The notes beneath the pieces were generated by a model. The model searched no databases. It worked only from the letters and a program-made list of their open reading frames with translations, and was not told where the DNA came from. 19,199 nt of DNA from Pseudothermotoga sp. (lineage in GTDB: Bacteria > Thermotogota > Thermotogae > Thermotogales > DSM-5069), in the NCBI GenBank assembly GCA_031962025.1, contig JAVRKW010000019.1. One strand, given 5' to 3'. Shown piece after piece: positions 10,127 to 17,745 of this stretch (position 1 is the stretch's first letter; every line of letters starts with the position of its first letter). The position numbers and the translations under genes were made by a program.

Positions 10127-10594
10127 ATGAAAATACTGGTTGCTTATTATACAAGAGACGGTCACACCAGGCAGGTTGCTCAACAAATCGCTGAGTCTCT
10201 TGGAGCTGATCTTGACGAGATAATTGACAAAAAGAAAAGGAATGGTATTCTGGGCTTTTTCATCGCTGGCTACGACGCAACAAGAGGCAAGACAACAGAA
10301 ATACTCTTTGAGAAAGACCCTGCGGATTACGATCTTGTGATCGTTGGAACTCCAGTATGGAACGGGCGAGTGACACCAGCAATAAGATCTTACCTCCTCA
10401 CAAACAGCGAAAAAATCAAGAAAGCTGCGTTTTTTGCAACCTGCGCTGGCAGAGGAGGTATATGCTTAGAGCAAATGAGCAAGATATACAAAAAAGAAGT
10501 TATCACTCATGAACTCATAATAACAAAGAAATTAGAGGACAAGACCAGGCATTTTATTGAAACGTTGAAAAAATACCCTGAGAAGAAAGCATGA
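10127..10594 (+). CDS. Flavodoxin-like protein
   Basis: KILVAYYTRDGHTRQVAQQIA FMN-phosphate loop, DLVIVGTPVWNG, AFFATCAG; GGAGGTG RBS. Confidence 0.88.
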   Translation: MKILVAYYTRDGHTRQVAQQIAESLGADLDEIIDKKKRNGILGFFIAGYDATRGKTTEILFEKDPADYDLVIVGTPVWNGRVTPAIRSYLLTNSEKIKKAAFFATCAGRGGICLEQMSKIYKKEVITHELIITKKLEDKTRHFIETLKKYPEKKA

Positions 10595-10654
10595 TGAGCA
10601 AAATCAAAATCCTCAGAAAGCATTTTAAACCACATTTTAATGCATCAAACGATG

Positions 10655-10677
10655 AGCGGGTTCGTCCCGCTATTTAT
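10655..10677. terminator. Possible hairpin terminator between convergent genes
   Basis: AGCGGG-TTCGT-CCCGCT stem-loop followed by ATTTAT; the U-tract is weak. Confidence 0.4.
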
Positions 10678-10743
10678 ACCCACAAAATTCAAAAGAGAGA
10701 TTAAAAGATCATGTCAATGCACACAAAAGTGTACCTTTATCAT

Positions 10744-11727
10744 TCATTCTATAAGTTCTGTTGAAAAAATCATACCCGCATAAAGGTACTGAACGCCCGT
10801 TATAAGTCCTCTTTCATCAAAAGACGCTCGGAAGCATTCTTGACCATTGAAATAAACAACTGTGTCTATTCCATACATTCCTTGCTCGTTTTGCCAGACC
10901 AAACCTATCTCTGGTATCTCTATGATCACATCTTTTTTCAAAAGAGATGGGTGCATGTAGAACGGACCGAATGAAGGTACACCAATGCCTTCTGTGGGCG
11001 CGGACATACCAGAAGCACTCTGAAATATCGAGTATCTGGCGACCCTTCCCTGGACATTTGAGAGTCGATAACTTGCACTTCCACCAAGAGTAGTGAATCC
11101 GTATAGGGAGGTGTAAATGTTGTAAGTGTGGCTTTCTCTGGCAACAGGTGGAAATTCTTTGATATTTTGCCATTCAATGTAGAAATGTTTCATATATTGA
11201 CTTTGAACTACAGCGGAACCTTCCTGCTGTCTGACGAGGTACTGAAGTCTCTGAACAAATCCATCGTTCGATATCCAGATATCTGTGGAAGAAACATTAT
11301 ATGCTATGCCCAGCCAGATAGAATTCTCAGAGACACGTCCTCCTCTCACTACAATGCCCTGCTGGGCAAGCATATCAGCCCGATTGAGTAAATCTTGGAC
11401 TGCATTGGGATGGATGAACACGATAAGAGGCATAACTTTGAAAGGCTGAAAGGTTATCTGATAAGTAGAAGGTGAGAAAAGGACGATGAACTCTATACCG
11501 TACACAGTGTTTTTTTCCACATCCGTAACGATATCGATCCTGAATCCACTTCCAGAGGCGGCACTTGCACCAGATTGAGTACCACCTTCATGTTGATAGA
11601 CTACCACAAGACCGGGCTTGACCCACTCAGGAACCGGGTAGTTCTGTGAAAAAAGGAGTGAAGGATCTACTTGAGCCAAGCTGTAGACTGCTGTTACAAG
11701 AAAGATCAAAACAGCAAGCAGTCTCAT
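10744..11727 (-). CDS. Secreted hypothetical protein with signal peptide and probable two-fold internal repeat
   Basis: AGGAGG RBS (11735-11740, minus strand) favours ATG 11727. Signal peptide MRLLAVLIFLVTAVYSLA-Q; beta-rich sequence; no family recognised. Confidence 0.8.
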   Translation of the reverse strand: MRLLAVLIFLVTAVYSLAQVDPSLLFSQNYPVPEWVKPGLVVVYQHEGGTQSGASAASGSGFRIDIVTDVEKNTVYGIEFIVLFSPSTYQITFQPFKVMPLIVFIHPNAVQDLLNRADMLAQQGIVVRGGRVSENSIWLGIAYNVSSTDIWISNDGFVQRLQYLVRQQEGSAVVQSQYMKHFYIEWQNIKEFPPVARESHTYNIYTSLYGFTTLGGSASYRLSNVQGRVARYSIFQSASGMSAPTEGIGVPSFGPFYMHPSLLKKDVIIEIPEIGLVWQNEQGMYGIDTVVYFNGQECFRASFDERGLITGVQYLYAGMIFSTELIE

Positions 11728-11988
11728 ACTTTGCCCTCCTTTCAACTGTTATTATAAATTCCAAAAATCATCTTCAAAGAATCTTGATCATAGTTATCGC
11801 CACACCAGCCAGCGCTCAGCTCATATCGACTATCACATTGTAAAAGGAAGATCCTCAACCAATCACAGTTATGATAAGCTGAATGTTTTTCATCCATAAA
11901 ACTTTAAGAAATTCCTTTGAAGTAATCCAACTTTTCATAATCACTACCGCTTCATTGGATGTTTCCAAATTTGTGTATATCATATAAT

Positions 11989-11997
11989 ATTATACCA
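11989..11997 (-). promoter_or_regulatory. Extended -10 promoter element (TGnTATAAT) facing the secreted-protein gene
   Basis: Minus strand reads TGGTATAAT; no good -35. Confidence 0.45.
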
Positions 11998-12002
11998 CAC
12001 AC

Positions 12003-12148
12003 TGCTTTCCTGAAAAATTGGACAACTAAATATCTAAACAAAGAAAGTAGTGAGTGCGGCAAAGAAACTGCCTGTCGAAGAAAAGACGGCAATCGTTCTT
12101 GAAAGGTTGAGAGAAAACAAAAACAGAGTCTTTTTTGAAAAGATTTGA
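12003..12148 (+). mobile_element. IS3-family left-end remnant (IRL-like sequence plus the first codons of OrfA)
   Basis: TG...AAAAATTGGACA resembles IS3/IS150 terminal repeats. GTG 12050 reads MSAAKKLPVEEKTAIVLERLRE, similar to the EEK.rIVLE.Lr start of HTH_Tnp_1 OrfA, and stops at 12148. Confidence 0.55.
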
Positions 12149-12174
12149 TTTTTTTCGCTTGCTGGTTATATAAT
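12145..12174 (+). promoter_or_regulatory. Putative sigma70 promoter for the nuclease gene
   Basis: TTGATT (12145-12150) - 18 bp - TATAAT (12169-12174). Confidence 0.45.
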
Positions 12175-12278
12175 TATTGTGTTATGTAGTGTTAACGGAT
12201 ATCACTGCAAACGTAAGTATATCAACGTTGTGTATATGAAGGAGTTATCTACAATAAAGCACAATGGAGTTGATGAAA

Positions 12279-13349
12279 ATGAATAATGAATTGCTTAAAC
12301 TGATTAACGATTTTAAAAATGACAAAAGACTTCTCTCCTTTGATGAGGCAGCTACTAAGCAAGCTGTGATTTTAAGGATTCTGAAAGCTCTAGGTTGGGA
12401 TCCGTTCAACATAGATGAGATCTGTCCTGAATACTCTATTGGTGGTGAAAGAGTAGATTATGCTCTTAAATATAATGGCAAAAACAAAGTATTCATTGAG
12501 GTAAAGAAAGTCAATGAGGATTTAGAAAAACATCAAGAGCAACTTTTAAATTATTCTTTTAAAGAAGGAGTAAAACTTGCAGTCCTGACTAATGGAATTA
12601 GTTGGTGGTTCTATTTGCCCTTGCGTGAAGGAAATTGGGAACAGAGAAAATTTTATACTATTGAAATATACGATCAGAAAAGTGAAGATATTGCAAAGAA
12701 ATTTGAGGAGTTCTTGTCAAAAGAGAATGTTATTTCTGATAGAGCCATAGAAAATGCCGAGAATCTATATACAAACAGACGAAAACAAGATTTGATAAAA
12801 GAGACACTTCCAAAAGCATGGGAAAAAATAATAACAGAGCCTGATGATCTTTTAGTTGAATTATTGGCTGATACCACAGAAAAATTATGTGGTTATAAAC
12901 CGGATAACGAAATGATAAAACAATTTCTAATAAGAGTTAGTCAAGAAACAGCAATAAAGTCAAAGAGAGAAATAACATCTCCTGTACGATTAAAATCAGA
13001 TCATGTATCTCTCTCATCTTCGAAAAGTTATACTGGAAAATCCATCGTAGCGTTTACTTTTAAAAAGACCAGATATGAAGCACGCTCGTGGAAAGATATG
13101 TTGATAAAAATATGCAACCTTATGCTCTCTGCACATAAAGACCAATTTGAAAAGGTTCTTAATTTAGCAGGGCGAAAAAGACCATATTTTACAAAAAATC
13201 GTAATGAGCTAAGAAAACCTGAAAAGATAGGTAATACAGATATCTACGTTGAAACACACCTCAACGCTAATAATATTGTTAAACTTTCCAAAAGTATCAT
13301 AGCGTTTTTTGGGTATAAAAGTGATGATTTATCTATCGAGGTTAAATAA
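12279..13349 (+). CDS. Stand-alone HsdR_N-type PD-(D/E)XK nuclease with SeqA-C-like C-terminal domain
   Basis: EAATKQAVILRILKALGWD, PEY...RVDYAL, FIEVKK, QLLNY and LTNG.W.FY are type I REase N-terminal-domain motifs; no helicase domain. C-terminal GRKRPYF...IYVETHLNA. GGAG at 12266-12269 favours ATG 12279 (alternatives 12264, 12273). Confidence 0.82.
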   Translation: MNNELLKLINDFKNDKRLLSFDEAATKQAVILRILKALGWDPFNIDEICPEYSIGGERVDYALKYNGKNKVFIEVKKVNEDLEKHQEQLLNYSFKEGVKLAVLTNGISWWFYLPLREGNWEQRKFYTIEIYDQKSEDIAKKFEEFLSKENVISDRAIENAENLYTNRRKQDLIKETLPKAWEKIITEPDDLLVELLADTTEKLCGYKPDNEMIKQFLIRVSQETAIKSKREITSPVRLKSDHVSLSSSKSYTGKSIVAFTFKKTRYEARSWKDMLIKICNLMLSAHKDQFEKVLNLAGRKRPYFTKNRNELRKPEKIGNTDIYVETHLNANNIVKLSKSIIAFFGYKSDDLSIEVK

Positions 13350-13357
13350 ATTGTTGC

Positions 13358-13446
13358 GTTTTACAGTGGTATATGGTTATGTGCCTATAGCACTTTGCTC
13401 AAATTCTCTTTAAGTTTGTGCTTTAAGTACCCGTAAAGCATTAGGT
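13358..13446 (+). repeat. Degenerate attC-like element 3
   Basis: Begins 8 bp after the nuclease stop: GTTTTAC (1 mismatch to RYYYAAC) ... ATTAGGT (1 mismatch to GTTRRRY). Internal imperfect inverted repeat GCTCAAATT 13397-13405 / AGTTTGTGC 13413-13421. Confidence 0.42.
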
Positions 13447-13487
13447 GAAAAACCCAAGTTCAAAAATAAAACCAAGGAGAAAAGAAA

Positions 13488-13544
13488 ATGCACAAAGTAA
13501 CATGGGATGGAAATTCAAATAGTATCCTGTTGTTTCAAATTTAG
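13488..13544 (+). pseudogene. 18-codon gene stub with RBS (possible 5' end of a truncated cassette gene)
   Basis: AAGGAG RBS then MHKVTWDGNSNSILLFQI*, positioned just after the attC-like core. Confidence 0.3.
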
Positions 13545-13625
13545 CTCATCAGCTTTAGGAATTGAAAATGAATAACATTAATAAAAGAACGAAACCAAAA
13601 ATAGAAAATGAGGGATGTGTGGTAT

Positions 13626-14372
13626 ATGGAAAACAAAAAGTTTGATAATTTAAAAAAGCTGAATCTTATCGCAGCGGTCTTTCATCTTGTTCAGGGAATA
13701 CTGATACTTGTGTTATCCAGCGATTTTGCCGTTACAATTACGAGGAACTATCTGAAGTTTGATGAGGCAAGCCGCAGTCTTGTGAAAGTAACGGAGAAAC
13801 TTTTTGATGTGCGATTGGCATATCTCATAGCCCTGTTCCCGTTTCTCACAGCAATCGCCCATTTTATGGTTGCCACTGTCTTATCGAATAAATATAAGGA
13901 AAACCTATCCAAGGGGATAAATCCCTATCGCTGGGCTGAATACTCGATAACTTCATCTATAATGATTGTCATCATAGCTCTCCTCGTAGGTATATCAGAC
14001 ATAGGCACTCTCATACTAATTTTTTCAACAAACGCTACTATGATATTCTTCGGATACCTCATGGAACTCCTAAACCAGTATACTGAAAGAGTAATATGGA
14101 GTCCATTCCTATTCGGTTGTTTCGCAGGGTTAATTCCATGGATAGTCATCTTCATGATAATTCTTCGCTCCAATCCACCCAACTTTGTGATATGGATATT
14201 CATCAGCATAGCAATTTTCTTCAATCTCTTTCCGCTTAACATGGTCCTGCAGTACAAAAAGGTAGGAAAATGGTCTGATTATTTATACGGTGAGAAGGTG
14301 TACATACTGTTGAGTTTTATTTCAAAAAGCATATTAATCTGGGAGGTTTACGCCGGAACATTGCAACCCTGA
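13626..14372 (+). CDS. heR: Heliorhodopsin
   Basis: Seven hydrophobic segments. TM1 N....FHLVQ, TM2 AIAHF, TM3 NPYRWAEYSITSSIM (R-W-x-E-Y-S counterion motif), TM7 YILLSFISKS with the SxxxK retinal-binding Lys. Start is ATG 13626 (GAGGGA upstream) or 13608. Confidence 0.95.
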   Translation: MENKKFDNLKKLNLIAAVFHLVQGILILVLSSDFAVTITRNYLKFDEASRSLVKVTEKLFDVRLAYLIALFPFLTAIAHFMVATVLSNKYKENLSKGINPYRWAEYSITSSIMIVIIALLVGISDIGTLILIFSTNATMIFFGYLMELLNQYTERVIWSPFLFGCFAGLIPWIVIFMIILRSNPPNFVIWIFISIAIFFNLFPLNMVLQYKKVGKWSDYLYGEKVYILLSFISKSILIWEVYAGTLQP

Positions 14373-14417
14373 GGGACAACTATAACGTTGTTCTATGACC
14401 AAATGAGAGGTGTAAGT

Positions 14418-14873
14418 ATGATTTCAGAGTCGTCCAAATACAGTATCCGCAGTCCCGAACAATTGGTTGAGTTGTGGGAGCGTACTTATAATGAATCCGG
14501 CAAACCGGATTGGTCTTATTTGCTACCCTATTACGCGGAAGACATCCACTTTGTGGATCCGGTTCAGGAAATACACGGCATAGAGGAGTTTCGGGCTATG
14601 GTTGAGCGATTAGCAAGACGCACTAAGGATGCACACATGAAAGTACTTTATGTCTTATTGAATGGGAATACAGCTTTCGTTGAATGGGTGCTGACAATCA
14701 ACTTTCGCAACACCCGCAAGGTACCTATGTACGGATTAAGCCGCCTGATTTTGAATGATGAAGGAAAAATCGTTGATCAGCATGACCTTTATGACCTTTG
14801 GGGTGCTATTTGGACAAATATTCCTCTGATAGGAAAACTTTACAGAGCTTTCATGAAGAGAGTGTTTGGATGA
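14418..14873 (+). CDS. SnoaL/NTF2-like (ketosteroid isomerase fold) protein
   Basis: YYAEDIHFVDPVQEIHGIEEF, AFVEW, GKIVDQHDLYDL; GAGGTG RBS before ATG 14418. Confidence 0.88.
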   Translation: MISESSKYSIRSPEQLVELWERTYNESGKPDWSYLLPYYAEDIHFVDPVQEIHGIEEFRAMVERLARRTKDAHMKVLYVLLNGNTAFVEWVLTINFRNTRKVPMYGLSRLILNDEGKIVDQHDLYDLWGAIWTNIPLIGKLYRAFMKRVFG

Positions 14874-14906
14874 ATTTCGTACAAATAGCAGGCGGGAGGC
14901 GTTCTA

Positions 14907-15866
14907 GTGGGCGAAACCTTAAGGGCAGTACGTAAATACTGGCCGCAGTACAAATGGCGCAATGTTTGGGCGATGATTCGCAACATGAGAAAACCACCTG
15001 CAGAATGTAATGAAGATTTCACAGGTAGATTGGTCGTTATCACTGGTGCTACGTCGGGAATCGGCTATCACACCGCTCGGTACTACGCTGCACACGGCGC
15101 GCACCTGCTGACCATCAACCGCAACCAGGCAAAATCCGAAGCCCTTTGCAATGAAATCCGCCGCAACTTTGGCGTGGAATGTGATTATATCCTGGCTGAC
15201 CTTAGTCTTCTTGATGACATGCATCGAGTGGGAAAACAGCTGGCCTTTCTGGAAAAGCCCATCGATGTTCTTATCCATAACGCAGGTCTATACCTTTCCC
15301 GCCGCCAAATGACACCTGACGGTCTGGAAATGAACTTCGCCGTGCATTTTCTGGCACCCTTTGTAATCAATTACCTGTTGCGCGACAAGCTAAAGCGCGA
15401 CCGTCGCGGCCGGATTTTGTTTGTAAGCTCGGAAGGATATCGCTTTGCCGTTTGGGGCTTGCGGTTTGACGACCTAAACTGGGAGAAGCGTCGCTACAGT
15501 GGGTTAAAAGCATACGGTGCCGCTAAACTGGCCGAGATTTTGAGCATGCATATTTTGGCGCGTGAATTGGCGCTCTTTGGGGTAACGGTCAACGCCATGC
15601 ACCCTGGAATGGTTCGTACAAACACTGGAAAGGATAACGGTCCACTTTACCGCTTCTGGAAGCGCAATGTTTTGGACAGACTATCCCAATCTCCAGAAAT
15701 ATCCGCTAAGGCCATTTATTACCTCGGTGTTTCCCCGGACTTAGAGGGAGTGACTGATCGCTTTTTCCATCTGACGACAGAGGAAGAACTGGCCCCTCCG
15801 GCTAAAGATATGGAGGCTGCCGAGCTCATCTGGGAGATAGGTCTAAAGGAGGGAAGGTTAGTATGA
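14907..15866 (+). CDS. Short-chain dehydrogenase/reductase, retinol-dehydrogenase-like subfamily
   Basis: GTG start with GGAGG RBS. TGATSGIG, HNAG, catalytic YGAAK; DGLEMNFAVHFL, DDLNWE and NAMHPGMVRT are characteristic of RDH11-14/WWOX-like SDRs. Confidence 0.9.
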   Translation: MGETLRAVRKYWPQYKWRNVWAMIRNMRKPPAECNEDFTGRLVVITGATSGIGYHTARYYAAHGAHLLTINRNQAKSEALCNEIRRNFGVECDYILADLSLLDDMHRVGKQLAFLEKPIDVLIHNAGLYLSRRQMTPDGLEMNFAVHFLAPFVINYLLRDKLKRDRRGRILFVSSEGYRFAVWGLRFDDLNWEKRRYSGLKAYGAAKLAEILSMHILARELALFGVTVNAMHPGMVRTNTGKDNGPLYRFWKRNVLDRLSQSPEISAKAIYYLGVSPDLEGVTDRFFHLTTEEELAPPAKDMEAAELIWEIGLKEGRLV

Positions 15867-17455
15867 AGCACTATGATTTTGTTGTGGTAGGTGCAGGCAT
15901 GGCAGGACTAACAGCAGCTACCTACCTTGCCCGCGCCGATCGCTCGGTTTTACTGCTGGAAAAGAACAATAAACCCGGCGGACTGGTGAACACATTCGAA
16001 AAGGATGGTTTCTTCTTTGAAGGCGGAGTGCGGGCGTTGGTCAACGCAGGTATTATCCTGCCCATGTTACAAGAGCTTGGCATCGATTTGGATTTTGTTC
16101 CAAACCCGGTGACAGTGGGGGTAGAAGATCAGTTCGTCCATGTGGAAGGTGAACATTCCTTGGAAGACTACGCAGTAATGCTTAAGCGACTTTATCCGGA
16201 AAGCACTGACCAGGTGGATCGTTTGATCCGCTCGGTAAAAAAGGTTATGAAAGCTATGAAAGTGCTTTACGCGGTAGACAACCCGGCCTTCCACGGTTTG
16301 TTTGAAGATAAGGCTTATTTCTTTAAGACCTATTTACCCTGGATGTTCAAATTTTTGGGAACACTTTGGACAATTCAAGGTATGAAAGGTCCGGTAGAGA
16401 ATTTTCTGGAATCCCGTATTTCCAATAGATCGTTGCGTGACATCGTAGCCCAACACTTTTTCCGCAGTACTCCTTCCTTCTTTGCACTGAGCTATTTTTA
16501 CCTTTACACCGATTACATTTACCCGCGCGGTGGAGTAGGAAGATTAGCGGATAAATTGGCTCAAAAAGCGGCTGAATTGGGAGTTGACTTGCGTTTAAAT
16601 AGTCTTGTCACTGGAGTGGACATAGCAAAGCGCATTATCACCTTAGAAGATGGAACCCATTTTGGCTATGGCGATTTAGTATGGACAGCGGATTTGAAGA
16701 CGCTATACCGCATTGCCCGAACCGATGGTCTGCCAGACAAGGCGATTGCCCGTATTGAAGACGAAAAAGCATCTATTCTTTCCCACCGTGGCTCGGATTC
16801 AGTTTTCACCGTGTATCTGGGTGTGGATGAACCACCTGAAACATTCCGTAAAATCGGATATGGACATTTCTTTTATACCCCTTCCCGCCAAGGATTGGGG
16901 GAAACCCATACCACAGAACTGCGCCAGCTTCTCAATAAAGGTGAAACCCTAACCCGCGCTGATATTATAAATTGGCTGGACCGATTTTGTGCACTAAACA
17001 CCTATGAAATTTCAATACCTGTTTTGAGAGACCCCAATCTAGCACCGCCTGGGAAAACAGGGTTGATTATCAGTGTCCTCTTTGAATATGATTTGGTCAA
17101 ACAAGTGAAAGAAGATGGCTGGTATCAAGAGTTCCGCGAAGCGGTAGCAGAGCGTATGGTGCGCACACTGGCTCAAAGCGTCTATCCAATGCTGAAAAAC
17201 CCAGAAAAAATTCTGTTCCGCCTCACATCCACTCCACTTACCATTGAAGAATGGGCAGGTAGTTCCGAGGGCTCAATTATAGGCTGGTCATTTGAAGAGG
17301 ATATTCCAGTCCCCAGCAGCCTTTTGTTTATTAACAATGTGCCCAAGACTTCCTTGCCACATGTTATGAAAGCCGGGAAATGGTCCTACAGCCCCGCCGG
17401 TGTACCCACGGCTATTTTGACAGGACGGTTGGCAGCTAAAGCTTTAGGAGCATAA
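15863..17455 (+). CDS. FAD-dependent oxidoreductase, phytoene desaturase (CrtI)/retinol saturase superfamily
   Basis: VVVGAGMAGLTAA...LLEKNNKPGG dinucleotide fold, YPRGG, DPNLAPPGK, TPLT, terminal G.P.AILTG; ATGA overlap with the SDR. Confidence 0.88.
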   Translation: MKHYDFVVVGAGMAGLTAATYLARADRSVLLLEKNNKPGGLVNTFEKDGFFFEGGVRALVNAGIILPMLQELGIDLDFVPNPVTVGVEDQFVHVEGEHSLEDYAVMLKRLYPESTDQVDRLIRSVKKVMKAMKVLYAVDNPAFHGLFEDKAYFFKTYLPWMFKFLGTLWTIQGMKGPVENFLESRISNRSLRDIVAQHFFRSTPSFFALSYFYLYTDYIYPRGGVGRLADKLAQKAAELGVDLRLNSLVTGVDIAKRIITLEDGTHFGYGDLVWTADLKTLYRIARTDGLPDKAIARIEDEKASILSHRGSDSVFTVYLGVDEPPETFRKIGYGHFFYTPSRQGLGETHTTELRQLLNKGETLTRADIINWLDRFCALNTYEISIPVLRDPNLAPPGKTGLIISVLFEYDLVKQVKEDGWYQEFREAVAERMVRTLAQSVYPMLKNPEKILFRLTSTPLTIEEWAGSSEGSIIGWSFEEDIPVPSSLLFINNVPKTSLPHVMKAGKWSYSPAGVPTAILTGRLAAKALGA

Positions 17456-17456
17456 T

Positions 17457-17732
17457 GGGTTTGATGTTTCAGAAATTTCAAAAGAATTATTTACAGAATG
17501 AGAGGCGTTAATACTCAAAATACTCAGAAAGAGCCCATATAGATTAAGTTTAAGAGAAATAGTTGAAAAAGCAGGACATTCTAAAAATGAAGTTAAATCA
17601 GTAGTTCATTATCTGCTTTGCAAAGAATATATACGCCAAGATAGTTGTGATATGGTTGAATGGAACGATGATAACGCAACATTTTATACAATTCCTCAAA
17701 GAAGGGAAGAAATTGATGAATTGATAAAATAA
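17457..17732 (+). pseudogene. 5'-truncated gene fragment with winged-HTH-like sequence
   Basis: No start codon. Reads GFDVSEISKELFTE*(TGA 17499-17501)EALILKILRKSPYRLSLREIVEKAGHSKNEVKSVVHYLLCKEYI...EIDELIK*, ending 13 bp before an attC-like site. AT-rich, unlike the preceding gene. Confidence 0.55.
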
Positions 17733-17745
17733 GAGCTAAAAATTC

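Noticed and set aside
9872..10186. 104-aa minus-strand ORF
   Set aside because: Overlaps the ends of two real genes and the attC-like element; no protein features.
11855..11938. Small minus-strand ORF MKSWITSKEFLKVLWMKNIQLIITVIG
   Set aside because: Only 27 codons, weak RBS and no recognisable motif.
12190..12250. Fifth attC-like site upstream of the nuclease (TGTTAAC...GTTATCT)
   Set aside because: The left core does not fit RYYYAAC and no convincing internal dyad or shared blocks were found; it may be a further eroded site but is unsupported.
12279..13349. Complete type I restriction-modification system (hsdR)
   Set aside because: Only the N-terminal nuclease domain is present; no DEAD motor, hsdM or hsdS.
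15863..17455. Assigning crtI and a carotenoid biosynthesis cluster
   Set aside because: Superfamily motifs only; no crtB, crtE or crtY nearby, so substrate is unknown.
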